A stretch of 64,000 nucleotides of DNA, taken from NCBI RefSeq assembly GCF_006345805.1, contig NC_043013.1, forward strand, positions 38,564,001 to 38,628,000, written 5' to 3'. The notes beneath the pieces are model-generated. The model did not search any database. It saw only the letters and a program-made list of their open reading frames with translations, and was not told the DNA's origin. This stretch comes from Octopus sinensis. Taxonomy: Eukaryota. Made by a program: the position numbers and the translations under genes. Shown piece by piece: positions 28,636 through 41,800 of this stretch. Each line of letters begins with the position of its first letter. Positions within the stretch are counted from its first letter, which is position 1.

Positions 28636-29499
28636 GGTACTTCATATCTTACTGTATGAATACAGATAGTTCAAAGACAGTTCAAGACAGTTCCACAGGC
28701 CTATATGAAACTCACTATTTCAAACTAATGTAGTAATTGGGATTTATCAGGTATGCCAGTAATTCCTGATTCATTTGCCATAACCGACTCACAATGTCGA
28801 CCCTGATTGAAATGCATACACATACATCCAGTTATAAGAAAGCAATACGAATCTATCCGAAACTCAGTATTTCAAAGTTGCTGTTTCTAGAGACATGTTT
28901 GCATCTTAGTTGCATTGATCGCAAATGTGTTGATGGACATGTTTCATAAATACCGTGAATACTTGAATTCAATAACTAAAGTCTATGCAATTTCTTTGGT
29001 TTTCTCCTCAGTATGGATCAGCATGAAAGCCACGTTGTATTGAAATGTCGGACTAACGTTGATTGATCTGTAGATCTAATAGTTTTCGGTACTTTTGATA
29101 TAGAACACGTTGACAAACTCATGTATTATCAAGTGATATATTTGCCTAAATACAGCTTCGCTCAGGACACCGATGATCGAAAGACACCTCATCGATTTTC
29201 CTCGGTGATTTCCCTGTTTGATGTTTCCAATTCATCTATTTTTCTCTGAGATGTACACTACCGGATATTCTGATCTTAGCCACCAAAAATGATACAGAGA
29301 CCAAATCCGGCTAAAGATTCGCTTACATTTTGAACCAAACCCTGTTTTTATAACAAAACTCTTTTACCGTTGTTGCCTTTCATCCTTTCGGGGTCGATAA
29401 AATAAATACCTGTTGAGTATAGAGGTCGATGTAATCGACTGACACCCTCCCACGAAATTACTGGGCTCTGGCCATATCTGAAATACATATATATAAAAC

Positions 29500-29714
29500 A
29501 GAAGGCGGTGAGCTGGGAGAAACATCAGCACGCCAGTCGAAATGATTAGCGGATTTCGTCTGTCTTTACGTTCTCAGTTCAAATTACGCCGAGGTCAAAT
29601 TTGGTTTTCATCCTTTCGGGGTCGATAAATTGAGTACCAGTTGCGTACTGGGGTCAATCTAAGCAACTGTCCCCTCCCCCAAAATAACGGGCCTTGTGTC
29701 TAGAGTAGAAAAGA
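29500..29714 (+). mobile_element. SINE family B (short-tail form) with 13-bp TSD
   Basis: atatatataaaac at 29487-29499 and 29715-29727. A further partial copy lies at ~29370-29480. Confidence 0.85.
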
Positions 29715-30675
29715 ATATATATAAAACTAATATCACATTTCGGGTCTATATGTTAAACTAGAACACCATAGACACTCACCCAACTGTACGAGATATGAAA
29801 TAATTGAAGCATTCTGTGTACGACCGAAAAAAGTTTAAAAAAAAATTTCACTATCAATTTAAATATGTGATTAGACAAATACGGACATTGCAAATACTTT
29901 GACAATCACCTAACACATAACTAAAAAAGCAACCCCTGCATTGCGCTGTAATCGCAGAAATTCGCTGAGATTTTTCTGATAACTTCACTCACATTTAGAC
30001 TTTTACACTTACTTCCCAGACTTTTATAGAAGCCAAGAAGACTGGAAAACAGGTATGAAACATTACCTGTATTGCACTGCAATCGCAGAAATACGCTGAG
30101 ATTTTTCTGATAACTTCACTTAAACTTTTTCATCTTTTTTCTCTCTGTCCATATCCTTTTTGTATCTTTTGTCTTTCCTTTCTCATTTATCTGGTTCATT
30201 TTTCTTCTAATTCACTTATTTCATTTTCTCAAACATCGCCGTTGTAATTCATCGGTAATTACTTTCCTTCAGACTCTTTCACCCTCATCCTATTATATTC
30301 TCTATCCCAGTGTTGGTTCCCTTATTTATCTTACAAGTTTCATTTCAGAAAACGACAACTAAGAAAAAAAAAAGAACAAAAATAAAACCCTGTAAGTCCT
30401 CTCCGCTGAAACGTATCAATCTCCGTTCTTTAGATGTTTATTTCGTTAATACATAACCAGATGTGTTAATCTTCCTTAATCACACATATCAATCTTTCTT
30501 AATCAGATGTATTAATCTTCCTGAATGCTACAATTCAAAGATTTAAGTTCAAGCTTTAACTTTCTCCAACGTCTCATAGAAAGAAAAAAAGTAGCTGAAA
30601 CTAAATGGCTGGTATTTTACTGCTGTTGTTGATATATCCGCCTTAACGGAAGTTTCATATTTGAAAGAATGGTGA

Positions 30676-30885
30676 AGACGCCTGGTTTAGTGGTTAGGGT
30701 GTTGGACTCATGATCGTAACATTGTCGTTTTGATTCTTGACCGGGTGAGGCTTTGTGTTCTTGAGCAAAACACTTCATTTCATGTTGCTCCAGTTCAAAG
30801 GTTCCTTTCCTGTTACTCCAGATGAGTAATACTGCGACGGACCGGTGTCCTGTTCCTTTGGGAAATTAATACTCATGGAAACTGA
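30676..30885 (+). mobile_element. Degenerate tRNA-derived SINE (family D, related to C); second partial copy ~33118-33225
   Basis: tRNA-like head tggtttagtggttagggtgttggactc, core ttgagcaaaacacttcatttcatgttgctc, and ctgcgacggaccggtgtcc shared with family C. Confidence 0.55.
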
Positions 30886-31453
30886 GAAAGGAAATATAGA
30901 CTTGATTTTCTACATTCAACTTCTACTCTAAATAAATCTCAAGAGAGGATCCTTGAAGAATGAAGTGAAATTTCGAACGTTAGGATAAAGGCTGGTTTAT
31001 GGGCAAGTACACTTACCATAACATAGACTTGGTCCAAGTTATGTGAATGAATTTGGGAAAATGAATAGACAGAAAAATCTGTAGAATACTATCGGATGGA
31101 CTGCACCTGTATTCTGATGGTCAACCTGCATCAAGTTAGTAGTCATGCTAATTCTATTTGAGAATCCCATAAAGCATAGACGAGCTATCAGCAGTCCTGG
31201 TACTTTACACATTAAATCAATGAGCAAGTCCTCCTTTCCACCCGGCTGATGGTACCTCATACACTGTGAGAGGGTAGTACATTTTGACAGATATGCAAAC
31301 ACACAGATACACACACATACACACACACAAATACACACTCAAATATACATACATACATGTGTGTATATATATATATATATATATGTAAACATATATGCAT
31401 ACGTATACACACACAAACACATTTACATTCATATATATATATACATATATTTA

Positions 31454-31493
<40 letters not shown>

Positions 31494-32072
31494 CGTATAT
31501 ATTCATAAATTTATAATGTTTGCGCGTGTGTATGCGCATGTCTAAGTTTATGAATATACATTAAAACCATAGCTAATTCATATTAATTGCACAAAGAAGG
31601 GAACTTAATCATTGCAGGATGACATACATCACAGCTAATAAGTAATATTTAAGCAAACGTATGCATAATGTCGTGATTCCAAACATGAATAAACAAAGCA
31701 GAGATTTCCAGAAATAGCTTATTTCCTAGTACGTTGGATCATACATTATGCATTATATCCAATGAATATAGCATATTTCCTTTGTATTTCATATAATTAC
31801 TAAATAGAAATTAGATAAGTTCACACTTTAACGAATAAATGTACAGACGAATAAATACCTCACGTTTTTAAACGCCAATAAATACGCATATATGTTTCTT
31901 TAAACGCTGAAACATTCATACTCACTCTCTAACGCTTTTCAAAGCATAAACATACAACTCTGCGCACGCGATTTTGACTCAGACAGACACGTTATTTGCT
32001 TACAGACAAACTTTGCCTCCCTCCATCTAAATATTATCCTCTATCTTACTCAACCTCTCTCTCTCAATATAT

Positions 32073-32162
<90 letters not shown>

Positions 32163-32453
32163 TATATATATATACAAATATATGCATATACATACATATA
32201 TGCAAATATACAACTATATACAAGTATATACATATACATATATATTGACCTCTACGTTACTAACTTTCTCTCTATCTATTTATCAATCTATCTTATACAT
32301 GTACCTCTATCTCTTTCTCTCTGTGTTTCTATCTCAGAATCTCTCTCTCTCACTCTCTCTCTATGTAGTTATCTATATGTATGTATGTATGTATATATAT
32401 ATATATATATATAATTGCCTCCATGTTACTCTCTCTCCCCATCTATCTATCTG

Positions 32454-32524
<71 letters not shown>

Positions 32525-33256
32525 ATCTACCTCTCGTATATCTGTTTATACATCTTCTCGTTAGCACATACAACGTATATAACTAAACGAGGTGTTGTAA
32601 GAAAATAGGAGAAACATAGCGTTGCCAAGTGACGCTTGTTAGAAAGAAAGTAGAATTGCCAAAATTTATTATTTGTACTTTAATTCCTAGACATTTACAG
32701 GAGCCAGGAAGGCTGGAAAAAATCAGACCTGATATAATCAGAATGAGGACTAAAATAAATTTTATGTTTAACACAAACTTCTCTAAACATCCTTTGTCCA
32801 TTCTTATTAAAGAATCTCTTTTAGTCTATTTCACTGCGGCTATAACTAATTTACACTGACCATCCGCAAGTTAAAAGGACATCTGAAGTATAAGAACGTT
32901 GATATAATCTTATATTTATATAATGATTTATATAAAGCGGTATGTGGATATATACATATAATATTTTCCCTTATCGCTTTATATGAATCATTGCATGTGT
33001 GTGTATGTGCATCTCTATGCGTATGTGGAAGTATAAATCCACGTGATGTATACATGAATATAATATGCATATAGTATGCATGCGTATGTGTGTATGTATG
33101 CATGTATGTATGTGGGAAGAAGCATGGTTCAGTAGTTATAGAGTCAGGTTTACAACTGAGAGGTTGTCAGTGTGATTCCTGGGCCGGACTGTTTGTTCTG
33201 CTATTGAGGAAGACACTTCATGTTGCTCTTTATCTATCTATCTGTCTGTCTCGCTT

Positions 33257-33301
<45 letters not shown>

Positions 33302-33852
33302 ATATATATATATATGATTTAGGGTATGTAAGAGATACCACCACGCTGGAAATAGCATCAAAACTTAACTCTAAAACCACATTAAATGTTCATACAGCAA
33401 CAGGAGAGAAGACAATGAGACAAAATAAACTAGCAAAAATTACTGGATAATTCCAGAACCCAGATTTCTGACTTTACATAAGAAATGCTGTGCCTTCATC
33501 AGTGGAATATATTGAGATAGCACATAAATACAAATATATATACATACAACATACGATATACTTACATATATGAATGTATACATACATATATATGCACATA
33601 TGCACACGACCAGTTTAAATTGCCCGCCTTACAAGATATATACAGGGTAGCGAATATTCTTAGAATTTCACCACCAGTGGCCTAGCATATTTGAAAATTA
33701 TAAATTATATGTTAGTTGTTAAGGCACGGTTACTGATGAGGATTCGCCTAGCAAATTATTTGTAGTTGCCAAAGAAATCAACAGAATATTGTAGACATTA
33801 AAGTTTTTCAATTTTCTAGAGATGATCGTTTGTAAGTTATTATTATTATTAA

Positions 33853-34290
33853 GCTCGCAGAATCATTAGCACGCTGGACGAAATACTTTGCGGCATTTAG
33901 CCCGTCTCTACGTTCTGAGTTCAAATACCGCCATGGTCGACTTTGTCTTTCAACCTTTCTGGGTCGATTAATGAAGTTCTAGTGAAATACTGGGGTCGAT
34001 GTAATCGACTTATCCCTCCACAGAAATTGCTGCTGTTGTGGAAAAATTTGAAACTATTAATATTATTATCATTATTAAACTGGCGAGAAGGCAGAACCGT
34101 TAGCTAGCTGGATGAAAAGCTTAGCGGTATTACACTCGTCGCTCCGTTCTGAGTTCAAATTCCGTCGAGTTCGACTTTGCCTTTCATCCTCCCGACGTCG
34201 ATAAAATACGTACCAGTTGAGTACAGGAGTCAATGTAACCGACTATCCGCCTACTCACAAAACTGCGGCCTTGTACCTAAAATAGAACGA

Positions 34291-34291
<1 letters not shown>
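33853..34291 (+). mobile_element. Two tandem SINE family B copies with (ATT)n tails
   Basis: Family B similarity at ~33853-34065 and ~34080-34291. The second copy runs into (ATT)n 34292-34465. Confidence 0.8.
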
Positions 34292-34328
<37 letters not shown>

Positions 34329-34465
34329 TATTATTATTGTTATTATTATTATCATTATTATTATTGTTATTATTATTATATTATTATTATTATTATTATT
34401 ATGATTATTATTATTATTATTATTGTTATTATTATTATTATTATTGTTATTATTATTATTATTCA

Positions 34466-36542
34466 TATACACTGAATAGATTAGACGGAAAAAAAGAATC
34501 ATAAAATCGGGCTACAACAAGTAGCCTTAGATGCCAAGAACGCTCCTATTGGTTTACAGCCCGTAACCTTATATGCCAAGAACCATCGCAATTATCCTAG
34601 CTGTCCCCTATAACACTGTTTTCTGCAGCTGAACTAAACAGGGTTGTATGTCTATTTCTTGTATCTATCTGTTCAGATCTTTAGGAATAGTTCCCAGTTG
34701 ACATATAACTGCTGGGATACATATTACCCGCACTTTTCATAGTCTCTGTAATTCAGTAGCTAAGTCCTGGTAATTTTTTTTTCTATGATTCTCATATTAA
34801 CTTTTTCATCATTTGGGACTGTAAAGTAAACTATATAGCACTTTAGGTACTCAGCAAATTTTGAAGATTTGACAAAACTGAATTTGCAAAGCTAGTGAGA
34901 AGAACTAGGAAGGAATTCAATATGAATGGAGGATTCCATCCAACGGCAGGAGTAGCACGGTTATACCTAGCTAGAAAGGAAGATGGAAGAGGGTTAATAT
35001 CGGTAGAAGAGTGCGTGGAGTACGAGGGACGTTCAATAAGTAATGCTCCTGACCCACTTGTAGTTGTTTGATCTAGCTGAAATTTTGCATGTGCAATTAT
35101 TTATATCTCTATAGATTAAGTGGAAAATTACAACTCTGAAATACCGGTGTTTGAACTGAGTCAAGTGTGAAATGGAGCCTGTTGAGTGTCGAGCAGTGAT
35201 CCGGTTTTTGTATTTGAAAGGAGGCACACCACGGGAGACTTTTGATGAAATGAAAGTAACTTATGGTGATGATGCCCCATCATATGACCTTGTAAAACGC
35301 TGGCATCGTGAATTCAAACATGGTCGAAACTTCTGCCATTGATGAGGCATCTCTCCGTCAAGCACCGTGACTCACCTCCTCCAAAGAAGGCATCGGTGCA
35401 GCCCTCTGCTGGCTCACAGTCTTCTGGGACTAGGACGGAGTAGTGATGGCAGATTTCCTGGCAGATTTCACAGAAGACTGTGATGATTCACTTCTGAGGA
35501 AATTAAGAGAAGCTATCAAAATCAAGAGGCGGGGCAAGATCAGAAAAGGCATCCTACTCCTGCAGGACAACGCTCCGGTCCATAACTCGCGTGTCGCCAG
35601 ATCAGAAGCAATGGCGTGCGGCTATGAACTCTCCCCCCCCCTACTCTCCTGACCTTGCACCCTCTGATTTTTACCTCTTCCCAGCCATGAAGTTGTTTTG
35701 AAAGGAAAGCGTTTCCCCGATGATGCATCCTTGATTTTTGAAGTCACGTCGTGGTTGGAGGACCAAGTTGGGGTCTTCTACAAGAACGGTCTCCCGAGCT
35801 GCATCAAACGATGGGAGAAATGCGTAACACTGGGTGGTTCCTATGTAGAAAAAGACTAATAACTGTGCCAAGTTTCGTTGCTCTACTGCTATGGGAAGTG
35901 GGTCAGGGGCATTACTTATTGAACGCCCCTCGTAAGCTAGAGTAGATATAGACTCCTATGTAGATAATAATGAAGAACGTTTATTAAAAACTGCTAGAAT
36001 CACGGCAAGACATAGGGAAAGCAAAGCATCAAACGAACAAAAAAAAACAGAAAAGGGAACAGAAATGATCTGGCTGGCGGGAGACGGTGTTGCATGGTAG
36101 ATTCCTAACGATAGTTGCAGCAAATAGTAGTAGTGAGACATGGTAATGACTGCGAAAAGGAAAGCTGAAGAGGGATACAGAAAGTTTGTTGGTATCTGCA
36201 CAAGATCAAACATTAAGGACTAATTGAACAATGGTCATGATAGACAAAACCCACGTAGATTCCCAATGTAGATTATGCAACTGAAAAGAGGAAACGTTAC
36301 TCATATGGTAGTGAATGTAACATGCTGGCACAGAAAGAATGCAAGAAAAGACATGACAATCTAGAGAAAGCAATCCACCGGGAGCTATGTACAAAGCTAA
36401 CATTTCAACATACTGACAGATGGTATGAAGATAAATATAGTAATATACTAGAAAATAAGAAATATATGTTGTCGGACTTCAACATTCAGATTGACAGAGT
36501 AATAGAAGCTAGAAGACCTGATTTTGTAGCAGTAGATAAAGA

Positions 36543-36543
<1 letters not shown>
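34466..36543 (-). mobile_element. Dong/R4-type RLE non-LTR retrotransposon with inverted 5' segment, flanked by (ATT)n on both sides
   Basis: Minus strand 34845->34540 reads KCYIVYFTVPNDEKVNMRIIEKK-YQDLATELQRL*KVRVICIPAVICQLGTIPKDL...QLQKTVL*GTARIIAMVL, then a 3'UTR and (TAA)n. Plus strand 34845->36543 reads RYSA...MNGGFHPTAGVARLYLARKEDGRGLISVEECVE..CRLC..MLAQKECKKRHDN...WYE...DFNIQIDRVIEARRPDFVAVDK. Confidence 0.85.
35023..35932 (+). mobile_element. Mariner transposon (DD34D type), internally deleted, inserted at a TA in the LINE
   Basis: 37-bp TIRs (cgagggacgttcaataagtaatgctcctgacccactt / aagtgggtcaggggcattacttattgaacgcccctcg) and TA TSD at 35021-22 and 35933-34. Broken ORF MEPVECRAVIRFLYLKG...KRWHREFKHGR, then VFWD...LLQDNAPVH...YSPDLAPSDFYLF...RWEKCVTLGGSYVEKD*. 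Confidence 0.92.
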
Positions 36544-36588
<45 letters not shown>

Positions 36589-36589
36589 G

Positions 36590-37135
36590 AGTGAGAGAGC
36601 AGCGCATGCCATCAAAGTGACACTGGGGTAAAATATACGAAGCCCAATATACCCATCATGACTTCCCGTCTGATAAAGGTACACCAGGCACATGCATCAC
36701 AACCATATGTGCGCGACATGGTGATCTCATATCAAGATAAACAGCACATGTCCTTGCAGGTGGGGCTCAGTTAGAATTTTCTTCAGGTTGAATAGCCCAT
36801 CCCGCTCAAAAGGTCCCTGAATAAGGGTTGTTTAAGGATGTTGAAAGAACCACCCATGTTTCCAGAGGTGGATCATTCAAACCCCAAAGAATCCCTCTCA
36901 ACACAAGACTATGATGCTCCCCCACTACTTCTGCTCGTGATCAGAGATGCACATATCGTCAGCCACTGAGGGACATGCTCAACTGGTTAAGGTCAAACAA
37001 CTGACAAGCAAATCTGTGGTATTGAGCAGAATATTTGCTGTAGCCCATCTTTTATACCAAGACAAAACAATGTACATGATAACACTTCCAATCAGTTAAG
37101 ATCAGAAGCCATGAGAGCCACTGCCTGGTACTGCG
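36590..37135 (-). repeat. ~545-bp non-coding interspersed repeat with (TAA)n tail (LINE 3'UTR or SINE); partial second copy at ~56971-57130
   Basis: Bounded by ATT/GTT repeats on both sides. 36886-37040 is similar to 56971-57130 (agaatccctctcaa...ctatgatgctcccc...ggttaaggtca...aaatctgtggtattgagca). Confidence 0.6.
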
Positions 37136-37163
37136 TTGTTGTTATTATTATTATTATTATTAT

Positions 37164-39041
37164 TTCAATTTGTGACCATTTCTTACCGATTGTCTTCTCG
37201 ACACACGGGCAAATAAACTCACTGTATACATTAAGCTATTAAATGAACACATCAATTTTTCATTTATAAAGTGAAGATGTGACAGAAAAGAGGGAAAAAA
37301 GAAAGGAAAACGATTAAAGGGAAAACATCTTTCAAATATAAAAAGAAAATAAAACAAAAAGCGGGGAAAGGAGAAGAAATTCATAGCGACAATGTCTCCA
37401 CAATACGTGTGACATACCGGTTTAAGCAATTTTTCACTTCCCCCAGTGATGGAAGTCACGGATCATTCTCAAATAATTTTCACTTCCTTTTTGAATGATT
37501 CCAAGTGCTCCTAGAATCACTAGTATTGTAACTGTCTTGAGGTGTCACATTTTTTCGATTTTCTAACCCTGTCAAATTCTTAAGGAATGCTCATGTCAAT
37601 CAACAAACAGACTCGAGTTCTTCTTTCACATCAATATCCCGTTTATTAGCATTGATGGTTCTGTCTGTATGTACTGGATAATTCCAAAGAATTGTCACAT
37701 TTTCTCCCACATTTACAGTCTCGGGTGGTACATACACCATTTGTTAGCAGTTTTGATTTTATAGTTCCGGCATAGCAACTGGTGTAGGTAGTGGCCAACT
37801 GCTCATGTCTTGATTATACTCTATAGGTGCTAAAATGTTCTATCCAGTGATTAGATGTTTCAAGCTCATCGTTGCAGTATCTTCTCCGTTTTCATCACAT
37901 TCGCTTGCTAGTTTCAGATCAATAAGCTCTGATCTTGAGCAGCTTAGATGAAACCATAGCTCACTGCCTGTAGCCCTGAGCTACGTATCCACTGATTGGT
38001 GTGCTTATCAGCCTGTTTGCTACGGGCTACATATATGACATGCAGAGGCTTGTGTTCCCAAGCCTAAGCTCACCGTTTTCAACTTTTATGCAACAACAGC
38101 TACTACACTTACATCATGCTGTTCAATATGGATATTATGCAGGAAGTCAATAGCAATTTTTTTTGTTCTCCTTCATGACAGAATGACGCTTCTTACGTTT
38201 CTCGTGATTTTCAAAGAGATTTAGCATCCAGTCGATAGATGCTTCAAGATATATGGCCAGTCCAAATGTAGTTTTAGACCGTAGGAGGTACAGACGATTT
38301 TGATCTGCTTTTAGGCGGTGCATCTTATTTCAAGTCAGCAGCTTACCTATTCTCCTGACAATTTTCTGATATACCAGTTCAACACATTGAAGTTATAAAT
38401 AACAACTGGAACTGCTAGCGAATTTATGGCTAACACCTTGTAGCGTGAATTTAGCTAAGATCTCTACTGTAACATTTCTTCCTGATTTTCTCTTTCAAGT
38501 TTGAATACTGAATGCCAGAGCCTTTACTTGTTCCGAAGTATTTGTAAGTTCGTTTCTGATCAAGTTCTCTTCTGACTGTGTCAACATCTAACAAGACTGA
38601 ATCTGAGGTCTTCAATTCCCCTTCCTAGAAAGTGGCCTTGGCACATCTATAAAGACCAAATTCAATCCCGATATCTTCACTGTATGCTTTCACAATACGT
38701 AATATGCCTTGAAATTCATTATTGTATTTGCCATAGAGTTTTAAGTCGTCCATATAAAATACAGGGCTTAATTTCTTATTATTAATTTTATACCCATATC
38801 CTGTTCTATTAGGTTTTAAGGGTGAAAGCGTGTCACCTTGAAAAATTCCACAATTAATGTGAATATTGTCTGAAGTCAGTACTTAATTAGAGCGGCATAA
38901 TTCGTTTTTCACCCTGACTTGTTATGTTTCAGGAGGTAAGAAATTCCAGAAGAAATTTTGAATATATACAGGGATTTCAAGATCCATGAATGCGGTATGC
39001 TGTCAAATGACTTTTTATAATCAATCCACGCGGAACCGAAA

Positions 39042-39042
<1 letters not shown>
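37164..39042 (-). mobile_element. 5'-truncated Dong/R4-type non-LTR retrotransposon (RT + zinc knuckle + RLE), degenerate
   Basis: Minus-strand motifs AWIDYKKSFDSIPHSWI, GIFQGDTLSPL, FYMDDLKLYG, SEDIGIEFG...YKYFG, AINSLAVPVV, AAQDQSL, TILWNYPVHTDRTINAN, LLIDMSIP, LGALGIIQKG, PSLGEV.KIA*TGMSHVL. Flanked by (TTA)n at the 3' end and (TAC)n at the 5' end. Confidence 0.88.
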
Positions 39043-39135
<93 letters not shown>

Positions 39136-39136
39136 A
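39043..39136. repeat. (TAC)n(TGC)n microsatellite
   Basis: Directly visible. Confidence 0.95.
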
Positions 39137-40167
39137 TAAAGTAGCGATGTATAATTTTTAAGAGGACATAGTGTATAACTTTGTTTTTTTTTGTCTTACT
39201 GATACAATATAAAGGATTCAGTGAATCCATGTTGATATACTATTACTAAAGTCCTTACATCACCGAGAGTATTGCAACTAAATTCTCTCCTGCAAATAGG
39301 TTTGAAACAGGGGAAAATATCTACCAAATGCAAAGGAATCGGAAAACAACCAATAATGTTACATGATGACTATAACGGGAAATCTAAAAAAATATAGAAT
39401 ATGTGTCAAAACTTGCAAGAAATTGGCTCACATTCGCACATATATTCGCATAGTGGTCAGCCCTTACAAATTGCAAGATATGACATGGATCAACAAGGAT
39501 ATAAAAGAAAAAATTAAAAAAATGTAATTGTAAGCAAATCATATACACGAAAGTTTAGTAAAATGACATTTAATAATGGATATGTCCAACATGTTCACTA
39601 GAAAAATATAAATAATAACTCCGACGCTCAAGTTCAGATGGGATCGACCAAAATGAGTTATCAAATATTCACTCCTCATCGAAAGTAACAAGCAGAAAAT
39701 ATTATGCAACTTTAAAATGCAGACCAGTGGATAATATTTAATATACTTGACAACATGTTACATGTCACAATTCAGAATAGAGTGTTAATAATTGACATAT
39801 CAATCGACACCAGATCGATATATCAAAATCAAAATGACAATAATATTGTGTCAGAATGAACTGAAAAGCTAATGAATTACATAGATTTAGCTCTTGAATT
39901 AAATTATATAACGGAATTTATGAAATATGTCCATCAACGTATTTGTAATCAATACAGCTGGAAGGATACAGTATCACGTTTTTGAACACATAAATATGCT
40001 ATCATCAAGATTGGTATACTGACTTCCAGGTAGATATTAGTAACCGAAGGAGTTACATTCGGATACAGAGATAAGATGCGTCATAATATAACAGTTACAG
40101 CAGTGTGACGGTAATGGGACACGACCCACTAACATATCGATTAGATCACGCTAGCAAATATGATATA

Positions 40168-40387
40168 CTCTTTACTCTTTTACTCTATTACTTGTTTCAG
40201 TAATTTGACTGCAGCCATGCTGGAGCACCGCCTTTCAGTCGAGCTAATCGCCCCCAGGACTTATTGTTCGTAAGGCTATTACTTATTCTATCGGTCTCTT
40301 TTGCCGAGCCGCTAAGTTACGGGGACGTAAACACACCAGCATCGGTTGTCAAGCGATGTTGGGGAAACAAACACAGACACAAACACC

Positions 40388-40444
<57 letters not shown>

Positions 40445-40623
40445 ACATATACATATATACGACGGGATTCATTCAGTTTCCGTCTACCAAATCCACTTAC
40501 AAGGCTTTGGTTGACCCGAGGCTATAGTAGAAGGCACCTTGCCCAAACTGCCACGCAGTGGGACTGAACCCGAAAACATGTGGTTGGTAAGCAAGCTACG
40601 TACCACACACCCATTCCTGCACC
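40168..40623 (-). mobile_element. SINE family A, full length
   Basis: Reverse complement of 10288-10760; has a short-repeat tail tactcttt. Confidence 0.85.
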
Positions 40624-41006
40624 TGAACGATTATATTACCGTACTGAATTCAGCGTCTTGTATCATTAGCGTAGTGATAGAGCTTGTATAGTGATATTGC
40701 TCTATTTAATATTCATATGCACGATAGCATTATCTTACCGAATAAAGATAAGTATTTTATCAGCGTACAACTCAATTAATTATGGATAATGAGTTCACAA
40801 TAATTATGGTGTATTGCAGTTACTAAGAAATGGGCGCCCAAGTTTTACCCACTCAAATTGTGTTTGTAGTACTGTTTGATTTAAGGGATTTTTAGTAGAC
40901 ACAGAAACCACAATGTGCAGAGTTATTAATTTTTATTATGCACAAGCGTTATGGGTGATAAGTGAATGCCTAACACATAAATAATTATCAAAAATAGCAA
41001 CAGGTC

Positions 41007-41352
41007 AGGCGGCGTGCTGGCAGAATCGTTAGCACGCCGGGCGAAATGTTTAGCGGTATTTCGTCTGTCTTTACGTTCTGGGTTCAAATTCCGCCGTGGT
41101 CGTCATTGCCTTTCATCCTTTTGGAGTCGATTAAATAAGTACCAGTTACGTACTGAGGTCGATATAATCGACTTAATCCGTTTGTCTGTCCTTGTTTGTC
41201 CACTCTATGTTTAGCCCCTTGTGGGTAGTAAAGAAATAGGTATTTCATCTCGATAAAAGGAGTAGTAGTTGAAAACTGGGGTCGATGTAACCTACTATAC
41301 ATACCTCTCTCTCAAAATTTCAGGTCTTGTCTCTAGAGTAGAAAAGATTATT
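41007..41352 (+). mobile_element. SINE family B long-tail unit followed by a partial second unit
   Basis: Family B similarity at 41007-41245, then ggtatttcatct and a short-tail 3' end to ~41352. Confidence 0.8.
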
Positions 41353-41800
41353 GTTACTATAGCTAATTTAATCGTTAATATCAGTTATCTCGGTGTTATA
41401 TTTAATTCTCATTCACAGCATACAATAACAATAATGAAAGGGGTACAAAAATACACATTACTTGATTTCACGTTCATCTAAACTCAAAAATGTAATCGCT
41501 AATTTTATACTTCTGTAAAGCTTACGGAATTCGGTCAATTACTAAGTCTTAACCATAATCAACTGGTTTCTCTAACTCTCATCATCGAATCATTTTTCTT
41601 TGACTGTCAAGTTTTATTTCTCCTTCTTTCACTTCCCTTAGTCTCACTTTCTCTATGTTTGTTTGCCCTTTTACGATATCATTCTTTCACACTTACCCCT
41701 CTCTTCTATCTCTCCAAATCTGTGGATTCTTTGCAATACACCAACAAAGCTGTGGCTGATATCAATTCACTAGTTAATATTGCCTCAAAATTTACTTTGT

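Noticed and set aside
28670-29330. Unique, relatively complex sequence checked for exons or transposase
   Set aside because: The frames I checked closed quickly and no motif was recognised.
33733-33762. CTGATGAGG..CC as another hammerhead
   Set aside because: No GAAA follows the putative stem II, and there is no stem I or III pairing.
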